A stretch of 64,000 nt of DNA from NCBI RefSeq assembly GCF_023055435.1, contig NW_025963779.1:86242001-86306000 (forward strand). Direction: 5' to 3'. Made by a program: the position numbers and the translations under genes. The stretch is from Haliotis rufescens. Taxonomy: Eukaryota. The notes under the pieces are model-generated. The model saw only the letters and a program-made list of their open reading frames with translations. It ran no database searches and had not been told where the DNA came from. Below are positions 24,501 to 39,500 of this stretch, piece by piece (the stretch's first letter is position 1; the number at the start of each line of letters is the position of its first letter).

Positions 24501-27500
24501 GTGTTTCTGTGGCATTTGATAGCCTAACCAAGCAGTTTCGTGTGTGTCTGTTTACCTAAACCGAAAGAAAGATGGGCCATGTCCACCAACAGACGACTGT
24601 TTCCTGATTGGATGACAATATAATGGGTGGGGCTTGTGTAAAATGGTGTCACTGATTCCATACTGTTGTCAACAGTTTTTCAATTTTAATGATTAAATAA
24701 GCAGTATGTGAAGTTATTATTGTTGACGCATTTGTTTTGAAGAATTGACTTCAATATGTTTTGTGTTTATGAAGTAATAAACGTAAAATCTGCTCTGCAC
24801 GTTTTGCGTTAATCGACTGTCAGGTTGCCCAGCATGCGCACAGGTTTTAAAGTTTTTACTTCCATTAAAAAAAACGCACAAAAAACTTGGGAAGTCAATT
24901 CTTAATTGTAATCTTCAAGGAAGTGCGCTTGTAATCTCCTTCACACGCTGATCCCTGCCAGGCTCAGCACTTAAAGAGATTTAGTACATGAAAAACATTG
25001 GTTCCTTCACAAAGATAGAGGGACCTTTGTATGACACACATGACAGCGGTTTAAGCATGTATTGTGGTGCAAAAAAAGAGAAGAATTATTGCTTAGCCTT
25101 GCTACTTTGTGTCACTTCTTTGTTGTTTTGTGTGCTGATAAGATTAACACAAACAATGCTTACATGTAAGAGTGAAATCACATCTTCACGTGGCGAGAAT
25201 GGATTTGGCGGCCATTTAGACAGCATGTCTCATAATGCAACTTTGTTAATTAAATGGGATTTCAGTAAAATTATTGAATGAGATTGCGGTAGTGTTATGA
25301 TAGCATATAAGCTTGCAGCATTATTATTATGATGGAAGTTATTAATTAATTATGTATTGACTGTGGCCATCTGGCGTAATGGAGATGTGGAATTGGCCAC
25401 ATGGTAGCTTTAGGAGCTATTGAATGTGGCCAGGCCACATTATAAGGAGTAATTGAATATGGCCATATGTCTTTGTAGAACACATGTTACTGTTATGTAT
25501 GTGACCTCATGTCATTATAGCAGAGTTACTGTGGCATTATAGCAGAGATACTATGACCTCATGGCATTATAGCAGTAACTGTGACCTCATGGCATTATAG
25601 CAGTTATTGTGACCCCATGGCATTATAGCAGAGTTACTGTGATCTCATGACAGTATAGCAGAGTTACTGTGTAATGACATTATTGTAGAGTTACTGTGAC
25701 CTCATGGCATTATAGCAGGGTTACTGTGACCTCATGGCATTATAGCAGGGTTATTGTGACCTCATGGCATTATAGCAGGGTTATTGTGACCTCATGGCAT
25801 TATAGCAGGGTTATTGTGACCTCATGGCTTTATATCAGGGTTACTGTGACCTCATGGCATTATAGCACAGTTACTGTGAGCTCATGGCATTATACCCGGG
25901 CTATTGTGACCTGCCGGCATTATAGCATATTTGAGAAAAATTAATGTAGTCCTTTAACTTTTTTGTGTGTAGTATATGAATTTAAACATTCTCGTTTTAA
26001 CCCCAAACTGTGTTTTTGTATATTTTATGATCATGTATTTCAATAAATTATGAAACATGCTTATGTGGACTTAGCAACTGTGAAAGTGTGATGAACTTGA
26101 GTGTGTCACCAGCTTCCAACATGGTCTGTATGTTTCAGAGGAGGAGATAAGCGCCATGAGGCGGGAGCTGGAGAAGTATGGGATCCAGATGCCGGCATTC
26201 AGCAAGATCGGTGGCATCCTGGCCAATGAGGTGATTATCTACATCAATGTCACAGAAATCCTTGAAAGTGTCAATGATAATTCAATCTGATCATTCTAAT
26301 CAATTCCATGTCATCAAATTGTTATGCAATCAAATCTACGCTTCTTGAAATTGTCACCATCCTGCTATTTGGCGTACATGATCTTCCCCCATCTATCGGT
26401 CACGGAGAGTCTTGCCAGTAATACCCCTTTAGGTTGTGTGTGGTGGGAAGTGTGAGGTACCTCCTAGACAACTTGGCTCCACTTAGACATGTCCTCTGAT
26501 CAGCTGATTGTGTTTGTATTGCAGTTATCGGTGGACGAGGCAGCATGTAAGTAGCCCTAACCACCTCTCTTTCACTCTACCTAACAAGCCCATTTCTGGT
26601 GTCCCCTGCCGTGATATTGCTGGAATATTGCTAAAAGCGGCGTAAAACCAAATACACTCACTCTCCTTAACAATCACCACACTACTTGTTCACAGGATAT
26701 TATCACTACATACACATCTTGGGGCTAGTAGTCTGTGTCCATTCAGTGGAGTCCTGAGGCTGCCCTTGAAGAAGCAGACCAAGGGCAGACAACTAGTCCC
26801 AGTTCATATTGACCAACTGGAGACAACTAGTCCCAGTTCATGTTGACCAACTGGAGACAACTAGTCCCAGTTCATGTTGATCAACTGGAGACAACAAGTC
26901 CCAGTTCATGTTGACCAACTGGAGACAACTAGTCCCAGTTCATGTTGGACTACCTTCTGTCAGTGACAAACATCAGCAAGGGAATAAGAAACATAAAAAA
27001 AGTTGGAAGTTGGTAATGAAACCAATGCAAAAGTTATGTTGTATTTACACCTTCCAACTGGAAAGTTCCATGCCCATATTTGTCAGAGGTATGTCAATTA
27101 CCATTGTTTTAGAAGTCAGAACTAACGACATATTCCGATTGACAGCTTTACAATGATACCAAATTATCTACATTTGATGGATTTTTCATCGGGATGTCGT
27201 AGATTAAAAATTACCGCTACTTTTCAAAAGTATGGCTCATTGAAAATGGCAGCAGTTTGGCATCAGTGCAACATGCACAGGTGATGTTCCAAAACATTGT
27301 GGTGGCGATGTGGCTGTATAAAAAAACTATTGAAAATATGATCAACCATGAAATTATACTGAAGTTTGCATATATCGAGTCACAACCTGGATTTAGAGAG
27401 AATATGTCATTAAAATTCAACCGTATAATAAGAACGGGAATTCTCATTCAAAGAATTGGCTACTCCCCAACTGGAAAACGACACATACTTCCATCATTCA

Positions 27501-30500
27501 GTCAAGTAAACATCGCTGCAAAGTTGTTTGGACAGACACAACATAAAGTACATTGGTAAAGCACACTCCACAAGTAACTATGATGACAACTTGTCGATCA
27601 TTTCATGATTTTTAGAACTTCAAGTTATTTGCAAAACGTAAACAAACCATTTAAGGTTCACAGGAATTTTGAAGATGTTCAAAGAAAACCCATTGATGCC
27701 TACATCGTAATAAATACCTCAGATCTAATAAGCAATAAGCGCACCATATTTGATTTTCGTATATGTCTGCAAGCATTACGACACAGGATTTGTACTTTTG
27801 TATGGCGAAAATATTCAACCAAAACACCTGAAATTAGGATTGGTGAATATTTAAAACTTGTTTGTTATATCCAGAAAGTTTTATGACATGATACGTTAGG
27901 TTAACCCTTATATACTCATTTCTGCAACTGACATCATGACCTCGAAAATTAACATTTGCATAAAAAATGTAATGAAATGTTCATAATTTACCGTTCCGTT
28001 GTTGTTTGCTGATAAATTAAATGTGAATCTATGCCCAGTTAAAACTACCATTTCAGAGGTATGATTATTGAAATTAATTTGCACAAATTTAACGATTGAA
28101 CAGGTTCCTAATATGAAACGCATCACACATTCAATCACGTAATTCAGGTAAGTTCAAGAAAATTTACAAAGTTTTATGTTCGCTTTCGTCTTAACCTCTG
28201 TATGTTTGAAAATGTCAGGATATTTTTATATGAAAATGTGAATTTTTCTATCAGGCAGAGGTAAGAAGCGTTAAAACAATTCAACAGGCTAAAGGTTAAT
28301 GTGCTTTTTCACAGTGGATGAATTTCATTAAGTGGCAGCCTTGACAGTTTTGTTTTGTTTAGCTGCCAAGCCTGTGCCATGCATTGAGGTGCAGGGTGTC
28401 CTTAGATCCCATGAGGTGCAGGGTGTCCTTAGATCCAGTGAAGTGTCTTTAGATCCTTTGAGATGCAGGGTGTCCTTAGATCCAGTAAAGTGTCCTTAGA
28501 TCCTTTGAGATGCAGGGTGTTCTTAGATCCAGTAAAGCGTCCTTAGATCCTTTGAGATGCAGGGTGTTCTTAGATCCAGTTACATGTCCTTAGATCCAAT
28601 TTGTTGCATGGTGTCCTTATATCCAGTGAAGTGTCCTTAGATCCAATGAGATGCAGGGTGTCCTTAGATCCAGTGAAGTGTCTTTAGATCCAATGAGATC
28701 CAGGGTGTCCTTAGATCCAGTGAAGTGTCCTTAAATCCATTTAGATGCAGGGTGTCCTTAGATCCAGTGAAGTGTCTTTAGATCTATTTAGATGCAGGGT
28801 GTCCTTATATCCAGTGAAGTGTCCTTAGATCCAATGAGATGCAAGGTGTCCCTAGATCCAGTGAAGTGTCCTTAGATTGTTTGAGATGCAGGGTGTCCTT
28901 GGATCCAGTGAAGTGTCCTTAGATCCAATTAGATGCATGGTGTCCTTTGATCCAGTGAAGTGTCCTTAGATCCAATTAGATGCAGGGTGTCCTTAGATCC
29001 AGTAAAGTGTCTTTAGATCCAATGAGATGCAGGGTGTCCTTAGATCCAGTGAAGTGTCCTTAGATCCATTCAGATGCAGGTTGTCTTTCGATCCAGTGAA
29101 GTGTCCTTAGATCCAATTAGATGCATGCTGTCATCAGATCCAGTGAAGTGTCCTTAGATCATTGAGATGCAGGTTGTCCTCAGATCCAGTGAAGTGTCCC
29201 CAGATCCAGTGAAGTGTCTTAAGATTGTTTGAGATGCAGGGTATCCTTGGATCCAGTGAAGTGTCCTTAGATCCAATTAGATGCATGGTGTCCTTTGATC
29301 CAGTGAAGTGTCCTTAGATCCAATTAGATGCAGGGTGTCCTTAGATCCAGAGAGGTGCAGGGTGTCTTTAGATCTTCAGGAGCCCTCGTCCTTACCACCT
29401 ACAATTAATTAAAACGAGCAATGTGTTTTCCATGACCTGCTCTGGAGACACATGTGGCTGAAATGTAGGCGTGATTTACTCGTTTCTTGAACCTGTTTAC
29501 TTGGCAGTAAATGAACAAGATATCCCAAGAGATTGACAGGCTGTAGGCGTTATTGATGGCCTGTCTGCCTCGTCTGTCACGCTGACCTGACAGACATCGA
29601 CGACAGGTTCCTCGTTTCAAGTGCAGAGGCTGTGTACCATAAATGTCAGGCATGTTTATTATAAATCCACTTCCATACTCACGTGGTGACATTGATCTCT
29701 ATACAGACTTTTTGATGAATCAAGGAGAAAATTACATTTGCTGTAATCATGAAATTTTCTGCTTACAACACTGTAATCTGTTTGTAGGAAATGGCACTGA
29801 GTGCAGCTGTGTGATGGATAGCAAATGGATTTCATTTCAAATAAAGCGTGTTTAAAAATGCAGTGTTCATAAACGGTGACAATCAAGGAGTCCTTATCAT
29901 TATTCTTAAGAAGGAAGGATTTAAAGAGGCCCTTGATTAAATTGCTAAAGCAAAAGCCCTCAAGGGCTCTCCTGTCTTTCTGCCTCTGAAGAAAGTAAAT
30001 CTCATCAGGATACTAAACCATACCATCAGATGCCTTGCTTGCCTAAAAAGGCGACTATGCTTGTCGTAAGATGCGACTTATGGGTGGTCAGGCTCACTGA
30101 CTTGGTTTATCCATGTCATGTCACAATTGTGTAGATCGATGTTCATGATGTTAATCACAGGATTGTCTGGTCCAGACTTGATTGTTTACAGACCGCTGTC
30201 ATGTAGCTGGAATATTGGAGAACAATAGGTACATGCCTCTATAATAAGTGATGAGGATGCTGAGGTACTCCATTTACTATATTATCCCTTTCTCCATGTA
30301 TTTTGATTAACAGGGATATCCAGATCATGCTTTGCGTTGTGGAGTACAGTGACATGGCACAAGTAGTGGGTTCTTTGAGCAATTCAAATCTTTGTGCAAT
30401 TTAGATAAGACTTTTCAGTCGTTTAAACATACCAGGATTCAAAGAAGACACTCAATTATGATTTTTATCATTTACAGTGTATTGCAAATATTGTTTTAGG

Positions 30501-33500
30501 TATTGATTTACACTGCAGGGGGTGTGTACTCTTGACTGGCAATCACTAGGATTGACTGACACATCGTCGTCACATTTCCGATTTCATTGCTAAACCTGTT
30601 CAAATGTATTGATTTGGTTCCCCATGAGATGGGTTTAGTGGCAAGAGCAGGATTTTAGAGGAGCATTTTTATTCTTTACAAACATGGATAAACTATCGTG
30701 TTATAAAATTGACAGCTAGGGTGACTGTCCTTTATGAATATATTTACTGTGTAATGGCTTTAGTGCTTAAACGGTTTTCTTATGTGGGGACTTTTGGATT
30801 GAATTGGTCGTCTGTAGTCTTTTCTTGTCACTGATTTAGGGGACACTCGGTTGATTGTGGGGCATCCTCTTGCCCGTATTGGTTGTTGGTCATGCTGTCA
30901 ATCACTGGTTTGTCCGACCCAGACAGGATCATGTACAGGTCGTCGTGATATATCTGGTATTGTTGACGGGTGGTGATCAATATTCATGCACGACTTATAG
31001 TCTTCCCAGTCTAGTGTGTCCAGTTTTGAAGCCTGTAAACATGTAGATGTACAAAAATCATGAGGTGTTTTATAAAAATAACAAGACTTCCAGATTCCAA
31101 ATACACATGGTTTTACCAACTACTTGTGTTACAGTATTTGCCATAATAATAATAAGTTATCTGGGCGCTTATTATAACCATTCACAAGTTAACTTTGTCA
31201 GACATCATGAATTAGTGGAGAAACTCAGTTCAAACATGGGGCGGTCGGGTAGCCTAGTGGTTAAAGCGTTAGCTTGTCATGCCGAAGACCCGGGTTTGAT
31301 TCCCGACATGGGTACAATGTGTGAAGCCCATTTCTGGTGTCCCCCGCCGTGATATTGCTGGAATATTGCTAAAAGCGGCATAAAACCATACTCACTCACT
31401 CAGTTCAAACATCAATGAAACTAATGTTTTCAGTAATAGTTACCAGGCAGTTTTATTCCCCTTCTACGCTGCTGTTTTCTGTTAATATCTGCGATATACA
31501 CAAGAAAATATTAATTGTCATGTAAATGTTCAGTCTCATTTGGGGGCGCTTGATGAAAATAGAAATTACAGACTGGTCAAGAAGTTGGTCAAAGACGTTT
31601 TTGTTAGTGTAGCACGCTTAGTATGGTGAATATATAATAATATCTTGCATGTTGGTTGTCAGGGGCAACACTTTTCCAAAATGGTATATCCTATTTTTTG
31701 TATCTGTTCCCTATCTGTGTTGACTTTTCTCTCGGTTCCATACCAGTATATGTATATATCCCGATAAGACATTTTACCCTGTCTGTATCAATGCACAAAT
31801 AAGTCAATACCTACCAGGAACCCCACGCTGATGCTGTGAACATATTCTTGTTGAAAGCACCCTATTCATTTGATTGATGTTCACTGGTTTGTGTGATGGG
31901 GTGTGATGGTAATGGGTTGTATATAGCAGTTGCTTGATGGAGAATTATGACAAAAGATGGTGGTAATCACAGAGCGGGAACAGTTCCACAGACCCTGACT
32001 GTATGAGCAATCAATGTCCATTAGTATCTCAGTCAAGGCAGTCTGCAGGAAATTAGTATCAGGTCTGAAGACGGGAATCAAGGCACAACTTGAGACACAA
32101 TCACAAAATCAATGTTTGGTAGTTACATGATCAGAAGTTTGTGATAAGTAATGACTTAATGGTAGCCCTTCCAAAAGAAATGTAACATTGGCTGACTTTG
32201 TGAAATGGATGTTGAAATCACTGATGTGTTTATTGTAGCAGAAGTATGTCTTTCATAAGAACATTTCATCTACATACCGAACAATTCGACAAATTGTAAG
32301 AATTCTTGATTTTGATGGTTTTTTGTCAGTTTGTTCCCATCCAGAAAAGTTAATTGTGATTGTAATTTTGGCTTATGAAACTATGTTCTGTAAATCATGA
32401 AATTGCTGTCTTGTCAAATTAATGAAAGTACTGATTCCTTGTTTCAAATGCATCATGAATTATTGCAAGTAGCCCTACCTTCAAAATCGAACGCTATCCC
32501 CTAATCACTTAACACCAAGAATGTTGACCACCACAATATGTTATAAACAACTACTATACGTCAAATAACAGTGTTTTCCTTTCTCCGAAACTTCTCCCGC
32601 TTGACATGCGATCCAGATTTCATGAAATGAGTGTCAGGAAATGCCAAATAAAGCATCATCACGTGAGCGAGGTCAGATAAGCCAACGGAGACTGCAAATG
32701 TTCCAAGTGTTTTCGAACGAGTTTGAGATATCTGTTGAGAATAATATGCAAGTGATGTATTCATCAAGCATCACCAACTCAGCTGTAACTGTATCGGACA
32801 TCTTCACTGTGTCCATGAGCAGTGTTTGTCATGATTGAAGTCTTTGATAGGCATTTGGAAGTTGGGAGAACATGAATACATGACACTTTTTTATGGATAG
32901 CAACTTCTTTTATTCTTTTTACAATGTTTACAAGCTGCTTGTTGTTCCTTCATCAATAAGAGAAGTTGCTATCCATAAAAAAAAGTAACATGTATTTTGT
33001 GATGATTGCCAAGAACAAAGGCAGCCAGCATTTTACTGCCATACCTGTTTGGTTCACTGTAACCCTGGCGCAGCTTGTGATGGTCCCCAGTGAGAAACAC
33101 TTAGTCAAGCGCTAAATTACATTGTTTGTTGAATGTTTTGTGAATGAAACAGGACAGTCATTGTTTCCAGTATGTGCAGCGAACCTAATTAACGACCAGA
33201 CAGTATGCCAAGATAAGAATGTGTCACTTTACGCTGGTCAAGGTCACTCTCTTGTTTCTCGTTAGTTTCATGCTTTGATTAATTTAATGATTTTCCGTAT
33301 TTCTCCTTGAGACTTGCACACCACTATTGGAGTTCTTACATCTTTTGCTCATTGATCATAACACCAACACCGACACAGCTTTTTACAGAGTAAACCTCTG
33401 ACAGTATCGGTATCAGGATACAATGTATGCTTGACGTAAGAGGTGACTAACGGGATCGGGTGGTCAGGCTCGCTGACTTGGTTGATGCATGTCATCGAAC

Positions 33501-36500
33501 CCAATTGCGTTGATCGATGCTCATGATGTCAATCACTGGATTGTCTGGTCCAGACTTGATTATTTAAAGTTTGCCGTCATATAGCTGAAATATTGCTGAG
33601 TGTGGTGTTAAACAACAACAGAAAAAAAAACACCAAATATTGATACATGGAAGTTACATCATTGGCAATTGTTGAGCTGTATTACAGCGGTACGGATTTC
33701 AGTGAAAAAGCAAAGAAAGTAACAGATTATCTGAAACCTGAAGAATAGGCATTTTGATGGGATAGTGCATATGATGTTTATCATCCAAGTGATGAAATGA
33801 TTGTAAAATACTTGTCATTGTGGGGGCGGTGCTGTTGCTATGCAGCTGGGTGGGGCCCAATGGTGGTTGTTATTGTTTTACATGCTCACAGGAGTGCAAT
33901 ACACTCAGCAGATATAATGTATATAGACAGAGTACACAAGAGATATTGAATATGGTTCCTCTTGTCTTGGGAATATTGATGTTTCAAATGTACTTTAATG
34001 ATACTAACTGAGTCACTTATTTTGATAGATTCCGATGAAAAATCTTTTATTGACATGTCTTAAATTAATAAGAAGAATATGATAGTTTGGTTATGTGTTG
34101 CCAGTTTATATGCACATGGCTATTTCTGGATACAGAATCCTGCATCCTAGCTCAACAAGAACCCAAATTACATGTTCAGAGTATTGCTGGGTGGACATTG
34201 TAGGACAACTGATACTCGAAGTGGATCCAGGAGACAAAGGATGCATTGTTACTATATTGGGAGTATTGTTTGAGAGGCATTTGTTGGAAGTTGATGGATA
34301 ACTAAGAAGATAAATGTTTATAGACAAACTTCATCGTACAAAGTAGACACTATCTATGGATAACAACTTCTCTATTATACTGTAATAGCGATGTTTTGGT
34401 ATAGATCCTGATACTGTTGTCAAGCAAGACTATGTTGGTAGTAGTATACCGTATTCGACGTAATAAGCGCCCCGCTCTAATAAGCGCCTATGGCAATATG
34501 TGCTAATATATTGGCTCGTGAACAATCCCAATTAGCACCCCTTCCGATTGATCAATGTACACAAGACTCATTTATTCGCTTATAATGCGCACTCGTGTGT
34601 TAATTATGTGCCCTTAATTATGGGCAATTAAATTCTGGATAAATATATCTGTCGTACATAAACATTTCAGGCTGTCAGCATAAACCACGGAAACGCTAAT
34701 ATTCTAAGAGCCCCCTATTTCTAATTTTGAGAGCGCCCTGGGCGCTTATTACCCCAATACGGTAGTTTTTTTTACATACAGGAGGACGATGGCACATAAT
34801 AACATTGAATTATATTTTCATATATAAATACTTTTGCCAGTACAGATATTGTGTGAAGATTGCAGCTCAGTACATTAATGCAGAGTTGGGTTTTCATGCC
34901 ATTTGTGTTTCAAGTATTCACTTCTTAGACACCTGTGAAGATCTGGGGTAGAATAGGTCTTCAGCAACCCATGCTGTCGTAGGACTATGCTTGTCGTAAG
35001 AGGTGACTAACGGGATCAGGTGGTCAGGCTCGCAGACTTCCTTGATGCATTTCATCGTATCCCAGTTGCGTAGATCGATGCTCATATCAATCATTGGATT
35101 GTCTGGTCCAGACACGATTATTACAGACTGACGTCATATTATTTTAAAAATCAGTGCCTTCAATGAAGTACTTAATTGATATTCTTTTTCGTCTTTTTAT
35201 TTATGTCATTCTATAACAAACCTCAGGAAGAAGTACTGGATATATTCATAGGCTCTGTTGGTCCCGTTTGGCTTTTAGAAGGCCTGTTTTTGCAACACTA
35301 GTTTGCTGACTATTAGATTCTGTATGTAGTAGTATGTGACTTTAGTCATGTTTAAAACAGCTCGGCTTCCTTCAGACACAGCTACACTAAACAGAGGAGG
35401 AAAGACAGCTGTGTGGGGGGCATTCTGAGGTTTGATTATAGGACTGAATGAAGTCAACAGAGAAATATACACCTGTAAACACTGTGTTTATTTAAGAAAA
35501 GAAATGACAAGCGAGAGTTGTTTATCGTATGATAAAACACTGCTTGGAGAATAAAGCTTGAGAGGTGCAGCCCCATAGTGTTTCTCCCTGCACTGTTTTG
35601 TTGTACGATAAACAACGACCACGAGTTGTTTATTTCTTATATGCGATATCAACAGTTTGTACTGCATCTTTAAGGATGTTAGTAAAATGTACAAACTTTT
35701 AGAATGATTACCCGTATTTTAATAATGACGACTCCCTGAATACAATCCGACCTAGGAAATGTCGGTCAACTCCATTTTATGAACATGGGGGTTAAGTTGG
35801 GTATTTCCTGCATATTCTCAAAATCCTCACGTCGGTTATCTGAACCTTTTCTCCCAACACCGATGGTCATATCTCCTACTTTTGGATGCGATTGTTCGGC
35901 CACTGCGTTTATCTGCGTTTCTCAGCTTCTTCAGCTACAATTCATAAGACACTTCCCTCTCAAAAATCATGTCGTCCAGTATACTACGTCATGAAGTTCG
36001 AAGGGCTTGTTCAAATCTCCAGAAATGACGTCATGACAGAACAATGTTTTATCATCAGATAAACCACACTTTGTACTTCATTGGTTTTTTTTATTTATGG
36101 CGTAGCCATCTTATATCATAAGTACTGTTTGATGGGCATTTAATAATGATCCATACTTAGCATGCCAGCGCATGGAGCCATCGGTTCGGAGAAAGCAATG
36201 TTATGTTTCACTCTTAAAGTTTGGACCAAGGATTTGTTGCAAGCAGTGGTAGAATTGCTGCTGCAGGTTTAAGCACTATTCACCAGTCCCTCACGTGGAA
36301 GAGGGAAGCACTTATCTCCCAGCTAAGTAACAGGACAATTTCACTTGGAAAAAATACAAACTTGTCTATGACAATCCTGGCAATGCCAGTTGAATCACAC
36401 GAGGCGCCTGGGAATGAGGAATCAATACATGCACTTGAAGATGTGGGTTCTGATGGAAGTGACAGCCCTGCCGGGGAGCACACTGGCGGGTCCACCGAGG

Positions 36501-39500
36501 TGCCAGAGCCCCGGGGGACAGGAACACAGGACAACTATACTGGCCATGAGAGACCATGAGAGAGTGATGGCGTGTCACTAACTGGATGGTGGAGCTCTTT
36601 AGAGAGTTAATAGGGACTACATTAATCTGAATTATATGTAGATAATCGCTCTGAATTGTAAATTAAGTTATTTGAATACTATATTCTGTGGGGATTTGAA
36701 TTTTAGAAATGTTGTGACTTAATACTATCATAGCACTAGTAAATTTTTAAAGTTTTTTTTCATGTAGATATTTTTTCTTGTGGAATTTTGTGGCTTTTAA
36801 ATGGCATTTCCATACAATCTATTTATCCCATTTGGGGTGGAAAGTTTATGCCACTTTCTCTGTCATGTGAAATGTGCTACATATATTGCCACTTACTGAG
36901 AGTATCCTCGTCAGACTCCTTCAAATGGCAGCTCTATGAATGTTGGATCGGGACCATGATGTAGGAGCAGTATTGGCCAGGGTCCTGTTCTTTATGTTAT
37001 GCAAACAAGTAATGATTGATCCTGTTTTTCAAGGGATTCCCATTGATAAGCAGTGTGTTTACAAGACAGAAGTGTATGATCCATATGGAACATGTCTGTC
37101 AGTCACTGTCATCATGTATCGTAGTTGTAGCACATTGTTGGGCTGAATCAGCAATTACTGACAATGGAAGCAATTCCCGACTAACCCCTTTAACACATGG
37201 GAATCAATTATGCTACAGTAGACTGTCATGGGTCTGGAGTACATATACATAATTTGTTTATCATTGACGCCCATTTTACAGTGTTCATGTCTGTGCATAC
37301 GAATCAATAATTAAGCTGCACGCTGGACAGAAATGTCAGCAGAACTATCAAGCCTGTTCGTTAGGCCTTGTGTTGATAGTTTTTCCCCATGATGTTAACA
37401 AGATTAGAGGAACTATCAGGCGAGCACTGCCAAATTGGTCGACTCGTCCCGATGCAGGCATCCTCTAACAAATAGCTAATCCATTACCTGCTGCATTACG
37501 CCACTGAGTTCAATTACACGACATTTGCCAGCGGCTGGCTGCCTCTGCAATCGCATCAATGATGGGTTTTCGTGCATCACAATAATGACACACTAAATTT
37601 TTATCTTTGAAACCCTGTCATTTTCTGACAGTTATTGAAGCGTGTGTATAATCAGAAGTATCAAGTTGACAGAGATGTATGTTTTCACGTTTTGGTTATT
37701 TCAATTGATGGAATAAAGTGATTTGGCAGATTGGATTCAGAAGGGGTATTGATTCAGAATCCTAAAGAATCTAATGCTTTGTAATGGTGTTATAGGTGAA
37801 TAACACGTTTTTCTTTTTTGATGTTTTTAAGTATGTTATTGAAACTCTATGTGTTTTTTTTGTTGAAGATACTAAAGCAATTTTGATGTGGATGTAAGAT
37901 CCCGTTGTCTAGCAACAGGGTCCAGCTATTTCTTTCAATCGGACATACTGGAGGTCTGTGATGGATAGAGGGAGATATGAGGTGTGATGCACTATGCTGT
38001 ATTCACCGTATTAAGCCTCTGACCAACTTCTAGACTAGTCTGTGGAAAATCTGTAAAATAAGCAATAAGTGCCTGGTAAATTGACAGGACAGTCTGTATT
38101 CCCAGCGATAGAAACTAACACTTTTTGTCCACTAGTCCTTATGATGATTACATATAGCAAAATCCTTAAACAATGCAATTTTCTACTAGTCTTTATGGAG
38201 GGCACCAGTGGCCCAATCGTCTAAGGCGGCGGGATTCACTGTGCAGAGTTGTGTCCCCTGGGCACGCCAGAAACCTACGATTGTGGGTTCGAATCTCAGT
38301 TCGTCCCGATTATGTTTCTAGGTTTGTCAGCACCATACCTGTGCTTGTGGGTTTCACCGAAGTGGCAAACGTATGAGACCTGCATCACTGTGGGCTTTCC
38401 TCCCACATTAAGCTGACACGCCGTGATATAACTTGAATAATGTTAAAAGGGGCGTTAAACCCACCTCACTCAATCACACACACTACAAGTCCTTATGATA
38501 ACTTAACTATTGGGCAGTTTGGCAAGGACTATAGGCCAAGTGCCAATTTCTAACGCTGATCTCCCTGTTCATGGTACAGATTCTATACAGGACCAGCAAG
38601 GAAGAATTAGTATGTAACTGCCGTGGAACCATTATCAAAAACGTTTCAATTCCATGAATGTTTGAACTGATTCTGTCCTCTGCTGCTTGATCACTGACGA
38701 CAAATTTAAGTTGTGTTTGTTTTAATAAGTGCCACCCTTTGTCAGTATTCTATGGTTGTTATGGTGAATACGGTAGCTGTAATGACCAGAAGCATGCAAG
38801 GAGATAAGGTGAAGGAGAGAGGCTCAGGCGAGGATCAATTAAACATCCCTGACATCAGCTGCTGATTCGGGCTGATGAGCAGATGAGCTGATAAAGGATG
38901 TGTTTGTCCTGGAAACAATGACATGTCGGGAGTTATCTGTAACCAGGGATGGAGTGTGTGGGCCAGCAGAACAGGTGCTGCAATTTGTTTGTGTAGAGTT
39001 GTGTCCCTTGGGTATTCCATGATCCTGTGAACACTGGGTTCGAATCTCAGTCACATTGATTATGAGCCTTGGCTTGCCAGAACCTCACCTATGCTGTACT
39101 TCCTAGACACTAGTCAGGGTTTCCTAGCCTAGTGGTTAAAGTGTTTGCTCGTCACACCGATGACCCGGGTTCAATTTCCCACATAGGTACATTGTGTGAA
39201 GCCCATTTCTGGTTTCCCCTGTTTTGATATTGCTGGAATATTGCTAAAAGCGGCGTAAAACTATGCTCACTCCAACATCATAATGACATGCTGTGGTATA
39301 TATAGTTTTTAAGGCAGGAAATTCAAAACTAATTTACTAAAAACGTTGAAAAGTCATCAATGACCTTAAAATAATGATTACTGTAAGGACCAGTAAACTA
39401 TTTCCTGGCAGCCATGACATGGAAATTTAATATCCCAGCAAACCAACAAACCCCACAATTTATTGACAGAATACGCTAATAAATTCATGCTAAAAACCTG

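Noticed and set aside
24540-24900. CCAAT, GC-box and GCATGCGCA motifs suggesting an internal promoter
   Set aside because: Short motifs next to TE-derived sequence, with no associated first exon or donor identified.
27000-28300. AT-rich block ending in caggctaaagg|ttaa (piggyBac-like right end) with 76-100 aa ORFs
   Set aside because: No matching left end was found and the ORFs show no transposase motifs.
28385-29375. CRISPR-like repeat-spacer appearance
   Set aside because: The spacers are not unique, the context is a eukaryotic intron, and there are no cas genes.
31238-31312. tRNA gene
   Set aside because: It is the head of a SINE with a tail and TSD, and has no proper acceptor stem.
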